Below are positions 1-7,477 of a DNA stretch of 64,000 bases, one piece after another. This DNA comes from Eubacterium sp. (lineage in GTDB: Bacteria; Bacillota; Clostridia; Lachnospirales; Lachnospiraceae). The position numbers were made by a program, and so were the translations under genes. Location: assembly GCA_036343395.1 (NCBI GenBank), contig JAZASH010000002.1, forward strand, positions 12,425 to 76,424, in the 5' to 3' direction. The notes beneath the pieces are model-generated. The model did not search any database. It saw only the letters and a list, made by a program, of their open reading frames with translations, and was not told the DNA's origin. Within the stretch, counting starts at the first letter, position 1. The number at the start of each line of letters is the position of its first letter.

Positions 1-1
1 A

Positions 2-1198
2 TTGCTTTTTGATAAGGCGCAGGATAATGTGCTTTACACGATCCATGAGCAGCTGGAGGTCAGTGACATCCGCAAGTATGACTATGTGTACGGGCGTGCG
101 GAGATCGGAGCCGGCAAAACGGCGCAGGATTATGCGGATGAGGCACCGAAGTTCCAGTCGACCAATCGTATCCTGGTATCGTACCAGGATCTGGTGGATG
201 CGGATGCGTCGCTTACGACGACGTTTGATCCGGCAGCTAAAGGGCCTGACGGTTCGTCGGTTGCCAGTGTGACGGGGCCGTATATCGTGTTTAAGGATAA
301 AGACGGTGATGAGTACATCAAAGAAGTAACGATCAAGCGGATTGCCGATGATATCGATACGTCTGTCACGCCACCGACAGGTACATACAATGAACACCTG
401 AATCCCGGGGCTGATGATGTCTATCTGATTCCGGAGACCGGCGAACTTGTATTTGGCGATAGCATCTATGACGTCATCCGAGGCGGCTCGGATCTCGGTA
501 TCACTTACCAGAAGAAAGAGTTTGATAAGAACGATATCAAGCCGGAGCATTACTTTGTATGTGAGACACTCGACGATAACGGTCTGAAGTACATCTATAA
601 CACGGACAGCGATAACCTCGGTGACACGGATATCTACAATAACTTCACGCCACGTCCTCAGGAGATCCAGTATCAGATCAACTTCAGCCAGACCATCCAG
701 GTTAATACGGAGGCGTATAAGGCAGTCGGGACGATCGTGGGGCGCAGCATCGAGGATATCAAGAACTCCTGTAATGAGCTGGATGTTATCGAAGCGAAGA
801 TGAGCGAAGTGGAGAAGCGGATCAAAGACCTCGACGAGGGAAGCCAGGCCGATGAGATTGCCAACCTCACCGAGCTGAAGAATCAGCTCCAGACGCAGAT
901 GGATCTGCAGAAGTCTGTTCTCGTAAAGGGGCTGGGCGCAATGATCACGACGATCCAGGGCGCAAAGGATAAGATCAATGTCGCTCTCGCCGATCACGGA
1001 TCGCGTTATAACCGTATGGTGATGACGAAAAACAAGATCGATGAGCTCGAGATCGATACCAATCAGGCAAAGTCGGATAATGAGGATGCGGACCTCGGTG
1101 AAGCGTATATCAACTTCACGGAAAGCAACCTTCTCTATCAGGCGACACTGAACGCGACCAGCAAGGTGCTGGGGCAGAGTTTGCTTGATTTTATATAA
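2..1198 (+). CDS. flgL: Flagellar hook-associated protein 3 (hook-filament junction), 5'-truncated by the window edge
   Basis: C-terminus ...DADLGEAYINFTESNLLYQATLNATSKVLGQSLLDFI is the typical FlgL flagellin_C-like end; followed by fliW-csrA. Confidence 0.9.
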   Translation: MLFDKAQDNVLYTIHEQLEVSDIRKYDYVYGRAEIGAGKTAQDYADEAPKFQSTNRILVSYQDLVDADASLTTTFDPAAKGPDGSSVASVTGPYIVFKDKDGDEYIKEVTIKRIADDIDTSVTPPTGTYNEHLNPGADDVYLIPETGELVFGDSIYDVIRGGSDLGITYQKKEFDKNDIKPEHYFVCETLDDNGLKYIYNTDSDNLGDTDIYNNFTPRPQEIQYQINFSQTIQVNTEAYKAVGTIVGRSIEDIKNSCNELDVIEAKMSEVEKRIKDLDEGSQADEIANLTELKNQLQTQMDLQKSVLVKGLGAMITTIQGAKDKINVALADHGSRYNRMVMTKNKIDELEIDTNQAKSDNEDADLGEAYINFTESNLLYQATLNATSKVLGQSLLDFI

Positions 1199-1213
1199 AA
1201 AATATGGTATAAT
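1185..1213 (+). promoter_or_regulatory. sigmaA promoter for fliW-csrA
   Basis: TTGATT(1185-1190)-17 nt-TATAAT(1208-1213), with extended -10 TG at 1205-1206. Confidence 0.7.
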
Positions 1214-1288
1214 ACACGTAGGTATGACCACATGGAAGTGATCCTTGTGGTCTTGCGTGATTTCATGAAGAATGAAAGGAGCTTAACT

Positions 1289-1750
1289 ATGAAAGTTCAG
1301 ACAAAGTTTTTTGGTGAGATCGACCTGCCGGAGGAGAAGATCATTCATTTGGAGAGAGGGTTGATCGGCCTGGAGCAGTACAAAGACTATACGATTCTTT
1401 ATGATGAGGAAAAACAGGACTCGAACATCTCCTGGTTCCAGAGCTGTGATGAGCCGACCCTGGCTCTGCCGGTCATCAAGCCGTGGCTCGTGATGGAGGA
1501 GTATAATCCGACTGTTGAGGATGAGCTCCTGAGGACGATCGGTGAGTTGACAGAGGAAAACCTCGTGATCCTGATCACGATGACAGTGCCGGAGGATATC
1601 ACCAAGATGACGGTCAATCTCAAGGCTCCGATCATCATCAATGCCGATACCCGCAAGGGCGCTCAGATCATCGCTGAGAATCCGGAATATGAGGTGAAGT
1701 ATAAGGTTTACGACCTGTTCAAAAAGAAGAATGAGGAAGCAGGAGTATAA
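1289..1750 (+). CDS. fliW: Flagellar assembly factor FliW (CsrA antagonist)
   Basis: MKVQTKFFGEI...GLIGLE...LALPVIKPW...TVNLKAPIIINA motifs; AGGAG RBS before ATG 1289 (ORF track starts at 1232). Confidence 0.93.
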   Translation: MKVQTKFFGEIDLPEEKIIHLERGLIGLEQYKDYTILYDEEKQDSNISWFQSCDEPTLALPVIKPWLVMEEYNPTVEDELLRTIGELTEENLVILITMTVPEDITKMTVNLKAPIIINADTRKGAQIIAENPEYEVKYKVYDLFKKKNEEAGV

Positions 1751-1782
1751 GATTTAGAGAATAATTGAACAGGAGGGAAACT

Positions 1783-2001
1783 ATGTTAGCATTAGCAAGA
1801 AAAGTAAATGAGTCTATCATAATCAATGATAATGTTGAGGTGACGGTGCTTGAGGTCAAGGGCGACCAGGTGAAGCTCGGTATCAACGCTCCGAAATCCG
1901 TACCGATCTACCGTCAGGAAATCTATAAGCAGATCCAGGAGGCAAACGCTACGGCGGCCGATATCAAGGATCCGAAGGCTCTGTCCGATCTGCTGGGATA
2001 A
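1783..2001 (+). CDS. csrA: Carbon storage regulator CsrA
   Basis: MLALARKVNESIIINDNVEVTVLEVKGDQVKLGINAPKSVPIYRQEIY; AGGAGG RBS. Confidence 0.96.
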   Translation: MLALARKVNESIIINDNVEVTVLEVKGDQVKLGINAPKSVPIYRQEIYKQIQEANATAADIKDPKALSDLLG

Positions 2002-2020
2002 AAAAGTTTCAAAAAGGGGT

Positions 2021-2046
2021 TAAGATATCTCTTTTTGTGACGATAT
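2021..2046 (+). promoter_or_regulatory. sigma28 promoter for flaG-fliD-fliS
   Basis: (GGGGT)TAAG-15 nt-ACGATAT, close to the SigD/FliA consensus TAAA-N15/16-CCGATAT. Confidence 0.7.
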
Positions 2047-2203
2047 AAGTAATGAAGTCTATGACCAGCATAGCGAACGATGGTGTGTTCGCTGTGCCAA
2101 CACAGGTTTATGTGCCTTCCGACACGGATGTCATGATAGAAGCATCCGGGCAGGGGTGTTTCTTTCGTCAGAGGGGGCATAAGAACACATGGAGGTGTGA
2201 ATC

Positions 2204-2644
2204 ATGAGTAAAGAAGCAATCGAAGGAATTGGTTCTGATTACGCCAGCCGTGAGAATCGTCCGAAGCCGCAGGAATATGAGAGCTATGACTCGATGTATC
2301 ATGTGGCTGAGAACGGATCCCGTACCGCAACTGCAGCACCTGTTGTGAAGAAAGAGAATGCAGGTGAAGGCGGCGGTCAGAGGCAGCAGGAGGACAGAGC
2401 CAAAGAAGAGCGCGAGAGAGTCGCGTCGGAAGCATCGATCAAGGAGGCTACGAACAGAGCCAACCGATCGATGGAGCGTACACGCTGCGAGTACTCCTAT
2501 CATAAGGAGACCAAGCGCGTGTCGATCAAGGTTATCGACAAGGACACAGACAAGGTAATCCGCGAGATCCCGCCGGAGAAGTCACTCGACATGCTCCAGA
2601 AGATGTGGGAGATGGCCGGTATCCTCGTCGACGAGAAGCGATAA
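2204..2644 (+). CDS. flaG: FlaG family protein
   Basis: C-terminal EYSYHKETKRVSIKVIDKDTDKVIREIPPEKSLDM...AGILVDEKR. Confidence 0.92.
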   Translation: MSKEAIEGIGSDYASRENRPKPQEYESYDSMYHVAENGSRTATAAPVVKKENAGEGGGQRQQEDRAKEERERVASEASIKEATNRANRSMERTRCEYSYHKETKRVSIKVIDKDTDKVIREIPPEKSLDMLQKMWEMAGILVDEKR

Positions 2645-2657
2645 AGGGGGTGAGCGT

Positions 2658-4244
2658 ATGCCAATGAGACTTAGCGGTATGATCTCCGGTATGGATACGG
2701 AGGCCGTTGTTGGTCAGCTTATGAGCGCTCAGAGCCTGAAAAAGAAAAAGGTGTCCGGTGCCAAGACTAAGTTGGAGTGGAAACAGGATGCTTGGAAGGA
2801 GCTGAACAAAAAACTTACGAGTTTATACAATAACTCTGTAAGCAAACTGAGATTGCCATCCAGTTACAACCTGAAGAAAGCTACTCTTTCCGATTCCAGT
2901 AAGGCGACTATTACGGCAGATGCAGGGGCGGTTATTGGCAACTACTCGATGGAGGTTAAAGATATCGCTTCCGCTCAGTTTTTGACCAGCGCAAAGACGT
3001 CTGTCACCTCGACCAGTCAGAAGTTGAGTGAGCTCGGAACGACAGATGAGAACGGCATCAATGATATGATCGGAAAAACCGTGACATTCACGGGGAAGAG
3101 TGGAACTAAGACGCTTACCATTGACGAGAATACGACGGTTGACGACTTCTTGAAAACCGCCAGAAGTGCCGGGATTAACGCTAATTATGATACGACCCAG
3201 AAAAAGTTTTTCTTCAGTAGTAAGGAGACCGGATCGGACAATGCGTTTTCCATTACGGATGGCATTGGGGATGCAGACGGTGGTGTTCTGAAAAAGCTTG
3301 GATTGGATGACGTACAGGCAACAACAGACGCCAAGGGGGCTGTGTCTTATTCCATCGGCGGTGGTGATAAGTTGGAGGATAGCAATTACACGGATCCGAA
3401 TACAGGAATGGCCCTAGTTGGAGCTAAGGACAGCAGAATTATTCTCAATGGGGCAGAATTGACATCTTCTTCTTCGGTAGTGAGCGCCAATGGACTAAAT
3501 ATCAGTCTGGTATCTAAGACGAAGCCGGATGAGCCAGTCAGTTTCTCCGTTTCCAATGATGTGGATGCTGTATATGATAACATCAAGAAGGCGCTCAGTG
3601 AGTACAACGAAGTGATGAAGGAGATGCATACGCTCTATAATGCGGCATCTTCGAAAGGCTATGAGCCACTGACGTCGGAGGAAAAACGAGAACTCTCTGA
3701 GGATGAAGTAGAGGAATGGGAAAAGAAAATCAAGGATTCTCTTTTCCGCCGAGACTCAACCTTGCAGGGAATTATGTCCGGCATGAGAGATTCATTGATG
3801 TCCACGACAACCGTGAATGGAAAAATGTATTCTCTGTCATCTTTTGGTATTATGACCTCGAAGAATTATCAGGAGGGTGGACTTCTCCACATCTTTGGCG
3901 ATGAAGATGATGAGGAGTACTCCGGAGAGGCAGATAAACTGAAAAAAGCCCTGATGGAGAATCCGGATGATACGATTTCAGCACTGACGGACATTTTTGA
4001 GAATCTTCGCTCTACGATGTTCAACAAGATGAAATCAACGGAGTATAGCAGTTCGCTGACGTTCTATAACGATAAGCAGATCGATAAGGATCTTGCAAAT
4101 TACAAGACAGAATTGAAGGAGTGGGATGACAAGTTAGCTGCCATGGAAGACGCTTATTTCAAGAAATTTGCGGCAATGGAGTCGGCTATGGCGAAGTTAC
4201 AGGCACAACAGAGCTCTTTGGGTAGCCTATTGGGTATGGGTTGA
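2658..4244 (+). CDS. fliD: Flagellar filament cap protein
   Basis: MPMRLSGMISGMDTEAVVGQLM N-terminus; C-terminal YFKKFAAMESAMAKLQAQQSSL. Confidence 0.95.
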   Translation: MPMRLSGMISGMDTEAVVGQLMSAQSLKKKKVSGAKTKLEWKQDAWKELNKKLTSLYNNSVSKLRLPSSYNLKKATLSDSSKATITADAGAVIGNYSMEVKDIASAQFLTSAKTSVTSTSQKLSELGTTDENGINDMIGKTVTFTGKSGTKTLTIDENTTVDDFLKTARSAGINANYDTTQKKFFFSSKETGSDNAFSITDGIGDADGGVLKKLGLDDVQATTDAKGAVSYSIGGGDKLEDSNYTDPNTGMALVGAKDSRIILNGAELTSSSSVVSANGLNISLVSKTKPDEPVSFSVSNDVDAVYDNIKKALSEYNEVMKEMHTLYNAASSKGYEPLTSEEKRELSEDEVEEWEKKIKDSLFRRDSTLQGIMSGMRDSLMSTTTVNGKMYSLSSFGIMTSKNYQEGGLLHIFGDEDDEEYSGEADKLKKALMENPDDTISALTDIFENLRSTMFNKMKSTEYSSSLTFYNDKQIDKDLANYKTELKEWDDKLAAMEDAYFKKFAAMESAMAKLQAQQSSLGSLLGMG

Positions 4245-4271
4245 TGTTGTGGTATTAGTATCATATAGAGA

Positions 4272-4305
4272 ATCCATCCGTCACGGTGCGCCTTGGCGGA
4301 TGGAT
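4272..4305 (+). other. Intergenic stem-loop between fliD and fliS
   Basis: ATCCATCCG(4272-4280)...CGGATGGAT(4297-4305) perfect 9-bp inverted repeat with no U tract. Confidence 0.4.
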
Positions 4306-4340
4306 ATACTGATAGAATATGACAGGAGCGGGGATGTAAT

Positions 4341-4718
4341 ATGAATCAAAACCGAATGAGTGATTACCAGCGAAATGCAATTTTGACAGCGACGCCGGCC
4401 GAGTTAACCCTGATGCTTTACGAGGGGGCTATCAAGTTTTGTAATATTGCGAAGATGGCCATCGAAAAGGGGGATGTTCAGAAAGCGCACGATAATATCA
4501 AGCGGGCGGAGGATATCATTACCGAGTTCCGCATTACGCTGGACCGCAAGTATCCGGTTTGGGAGGATTTTGAGCGGATATACGATTATATCTACCGAAA
4601 ACTAGTGGAAGCCAATATGCATAAGGATATCTCAACATTGGATGAGGCGTTAAAGTATATCCGAGAGATGCGAGATACATGGAAAGAAGTGATGCGTCTT
4701 GCAAAAGTTCAAGGCTGA
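4341..4718 (+). CDS. fliS: Flagellin export chaperone FliS
   Basis: YQRNAILTATPAELTLMLYEGAIKF...IYDYIYRKLVEAN. Confidence 0.95.
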   Translation: MNQNRMSDYQRNAILTATPAELTLMLYEGAIKFCNIAKMAIEKGDVQKAHDNIKRAEDIITEFRITLDRKYPVWEDFERIYDYIYRKLVEANMHKDISTLDEALKYIREMRDTWKEVMRLAKVQG

Positions 4719-4734
4719 TGATCGGGAGGATAGG

Positions 4735-5229
4735 ATGAGCAAGACGAGCGAAAACGATACCTATATCAGCATGATGGTGAAGGCGCTCCAGAAAAAGAAG
4801 ACTGTTCTGTCATCGCTTTATGAGCAGACGAAGGAGCAGGAGCAGCTGCTTTCTGAAGGTCAGATGGATGTGGATCGATTTGAAGATCTTTTAGAGGAAA
4901 AAGGAGTTGGGATCGGAGAGTTAAACCAGATCGATGCCGGATTTGATTCCCTATATAAGAAGTTAGAGGATGAATTGCTGGTAAATCAGGGCCTTTATCA
5001 AACTGAGATTGGCCTTATGAAAGAACTGATTCAGGATATTACGGAGCTTGGGACGCAGATACAAGTATTAGAAAAACGTAACTATGAAAGATTCCAGCAG
5101 TACATATCCGGAGAAAGAGGGAAACTACGGGCTGCCAATCGAAGTCAGCAGACGGCAACGACCTACGCCAGCAATATGGCGGGATCTCACAGAGAGGGGA
5201 ACTCGTATTTTTTGAACGAAGTCAAATAG
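4735..5229 (+). CDS. FlgN/FliT-like flagellar chaperone
   Basis: Helical protein directly after fliS (L..KK..L..L...T..Q pattern); start placed at the ATG after GGAGG. Confidence 0.65.
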   Translation: MSKTSENDTYISMMVKALQKKKTVLSSLYEQTKEQEQLLSEGQMDVDRFEDLLEEKGVGIGELNQIDAGFDSLYKKLEDELLVNQGLYQTEIGLMKELIQDITELGTQIQVLEKRNYERFQQYISGERGKLRAANRSQQTATTYASNMAGSHREGNSYFLNEVK

Positions 5230-5312
5230 TGTCTAAACCCCTATTTTATGGGCTTTTCGAGAAAATGAAAAATAAATATTGATTTTTTTCGAAAAATTTT
5301 GTAAAATGGGGT

Positions 5313-5339
5313 TAAGAAACATAAACATGGCACCGATAT
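5313..5339 (+). promoter_or_regulatory. sigma28 promoter of flagellin 1
   Basis: (GGGGT)TAAG-16 nt-CCGATAT, with an AT-rich UP-like region upstream. Confidence 0.85.
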
Positions 5340-5362
5340 ATAAGGTGTCAAAAACAAAGCAC

Positions 5363-5396
5363 CCTGCAAAAGGATTTGCAGGAAAATACAAGGAGG
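5363..5396 (+). promoter_or_regulatory. Putative CsrA binding sites in the flagellin 1 leader
   Basis: CCTGCAAA-AGGA-TTTGCAGG perfect hairpin with GGA in the loop, plus a second GGA in the SD (AGGAGG), as in the B. subtilis hag leader. Confidence 0.75.
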
Positions 5397-5403
5397 TATT
5401 ATT

Positions 5404-6216
5404 ATGGTAGTACAGCACAACATCACATCAATGAACGCCAACAGACAGCTTGGCATCGTAGGCAACAACGTAGCAAAGGCTACAGAGAAGCTTGCATCTG
5501 GTTACAGAGTTAACAAAGCAGCCGATGACGCAGCAGGTCTTTCGATCTCTGAGAAAATGCGTTCCCAGGTTCGCGGCTTGACAAGAGCTTCGGACAACGC
5601 ACAGGATGGTATCTCGGCTATCCAGACCGCAGAGGGCGCACTGGATGTTCAGCATCAGATTCTTCAGAGAACCCGTGAGCTGGTAGTACAGGCAGCAAAC
5701 AGCGCCGTACTCGACAGCGCATCCGGAGACTTCCAGAAGATTCAGGATGAGATCGATCAGCTTGCATCTGAGTTCAACCGTGTAAACAGCACAACTCAGT
5801 TCAACAAGAAGAACCTGTTGGATGGTACCTATACCAGCCAGTATCTGCAGGTAGGCGCAAACAAAGAGCAGGGTATCACGATCAATATCAAGAAGACAAG
5901 TATTACTGCAGTTGATGTTACAGGTGGAAACGGAAAGACGATTTCCGGACACCTGGAGACGATCGATAGCTGGATCAACACAGTATCTTCTAAGAGATCT
6001 ACTCTCGGTGCTCAGCAGAACCGTCTTGAGTACACCATCAAGGTGGATGACAATACGGCAGAGAATCTGCAGGCAGCAGAGAGCCGAATCCGTGATACTG
6101 ATATGGCTGAGGAGATGACGAGATTCTCCAAGGAGAACATCCTTCAGCAGGCAGCTACATCGATGCTTGCTCAGGCCAACCAGTCGAACCAGGGCGTTCT
6201 GTCCTTACTTGGATAA
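5404..6216 (+). CDS. fliC: Flagellin 1 (short, 270 aa)
   Basis: MVVQHN...KLASGYRVNKAADDAAGLSISEKMRSQ; C-terminal AESRIRDTDMAEEM...MLAQANQ. Confidence 0.97.
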   Translation: MVVQHNITSMNANRQLGIVGNNVAKATEKLASGYRVNKAADDAAGLSISEKMRSQVRGLTRASDNAQDGISAIQTAEGALDVQHQILQRTRELVVQAANSAVLDSASGDFQKIQDEIDQLASEFNRVNSTTQFNKKNLLDGTYTSQYLQVGANKEQGITINIKKTSITAVDVTGGNGKTISGHLETIDSWINTVSSKRSTLGAQQNRLEYTIKVDDNTAENLQAAESRIRDTDMAEEMTRFSKENILQQAATSMLAQANQSNQGVLSLLG

Positions 6217-6245
6217 TCTTTCCAAGCATAAGATGTTCCGTACGG

Positions 6246-6280
6246 GAGACCACCTCTTCGGAGGTGGTCTTCTTTTTTTT
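6246..6280 (+). terminator. Intrinsic terminator after flagellin 1
   Basis: GAGACCACCTC-TTCG-GAGGTGGTCTTC followed by a T run. Confidence 0.9.
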
Positions 6281-6399
6281 GTTATTATTACTATTATGTA
6301 ATGATAATAGTAATGCGTAGTTTCGTGCCGGCCGGCTGCTGGAAATAAACGATTTTTCGGTGTGCCTCGCCGGGTTTGATTTTTTTTTATTTTAGGGGT

Positions 6400-6425
6400 T
6401 AAGTATTTGAAAAGTGCTCCGATAT
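6400..6425 (+). promoter_or_regulatory. sigma28 promoter of flagellin 2
   Basis: (GGGGT)TAAG-15 nt-CCGATAT. Confidence 0.8.
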
Positions 6426-6541
6426 ATATGGTGTAAGGAGCAAGGGAATGCTTCTAATACCGGTAAGAAAGTTAGATAACAATCAAATAAACCAATTCCA
6501 CTCACAAGGATAGTGAGAGAAAGAAAAGAGAGGTAATCATT

Positions 6542-7357
6542 ATGGTAGTACAGCACAATATCACATCTATGAATGCAAACAGACAGCTTGGTATAGTTGG
6601 TAACAATGTTGCAAAAGCTACAGAGAAGTTGGCAAGTGGATACAGAGTTAACAAAGCAGCGGATGACGCGGCAGGTCTTTCAATCTCAGAGAAGATGAGA
6701 TCTCAGGTAAGAGGTCTTACCCGTGCATCGGACAACGCGCAGGATGGTATCTCAGCTATCCAGACCGCAGAGGGGGCGCTGGATGTACAGCATCAGATCC
6801 TCCAGAGAACCCGTGAGTTGGTTGTACAGGCGGCGAACAGCGCCGTATTGGATAGTGTATCCGGAGATTTCCAGAAGATTCAGGATGAGATTAACCAGCT
6901 TGCATCTGAGTTTAATCGTGTTAGCACGACAACTCAGTTCAACAAGAAAAACCTTTTGGATGGTACGTATACCAGTCAGTATTTGCAGGTAGGCGCAAAC
7001 AAAGAGCAGGGCATTTTAATCAATATCAAGAAAACAAGTATCACTGCAGTTGATGTCACAGGTGGAAACGGAAAGGAGATTTCCGGACATTTGGAGACGA
7101 TCGATAGTTGGATCAACGTCGTGTCTTCTAAGAGATCTACTCTCGGTGCTCAGCAGAATCGTCTCGAGTACACCATCAAGGTGGACGACAATACAGCAGA
7201 GAACCTGCAGGCAGCAGAGAGCCGGATCCGTGATACTGATATGGCTGAGGAGATGACGAGATACTCCAAGGAGAATATCCTCCAGCAGGCTGCAACATCG
7301 ATGTTGGCAACTGCAAATCAGTCTACACAGGGCGTGCTTTCACTTCTCAATGGATGA
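6542..7357 (+). CDS. fliC: Flagellin 2 (short, 271 aa), near-identical paralogue of flagellin 1
   Basis: Same flagellin N/C motifs; about 10 substitutions and 1 extra residue relative to flagellin 1. Confidence 0.97.
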   Translation: MVVQHNITSMNANRQLGIVGNNVAKATEKLASGYRVNKAADDAAGLSISEKMRSQVRGLTRASDNAQDGISAIQTAEGALDVQHQILQRTRELVVQAANSAVLDSVSGDFQKIQDEINQLASEFNRVSTTTQFNKKNLLDGTYTSQYLQVGANKEQGILINIKKTSITAVDVTGGNGKEISGHLETIDSWINVVSSKRSTLGAQQNRLEYTIKVDDNTAENLQAAESRIRDTDMAEEMTRYSKENILQQAATSMLATANQSTQGVLSLLNG

Positions 7358-7379
7358 TAGAAATAAAGCAATATTTGGC

Positions 7380-7410
7380 GAGAGGCACTGTAATGGTGCC
7401 TCTCTTTTTT
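7380..7410 (+). terminator. Intrinsic terminator after flagellin 2
   Basis: GAGAGGCAC-TGTAATG-GTGCCTCTC followed by TTTTTT. Confidence 0.85.
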
Positions 7411-7412
7411 AG

Positions 7413-7441
7413 TTGCAAATAACGGGGAAATGTAGTAAAAT
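7413..7441 (+). promoter_or_regulatory. sigmaA promoter for the first island operon
   Basis: TTGCAA-17 nt-TAAAAT upstream of the 7478 start. Confidence 0.55.
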
Positions 7442-7477
7442 AATATAAGTGGTGTTCGATAAAAACGGGAGGATAAA

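Noticed and set aside
2041-2203. c-di-GMP or other known riboswitch in the flaG leader
   Set aside because: I could not find the GEMM or other known riboswitch cores by eye; kept only as a structured leader
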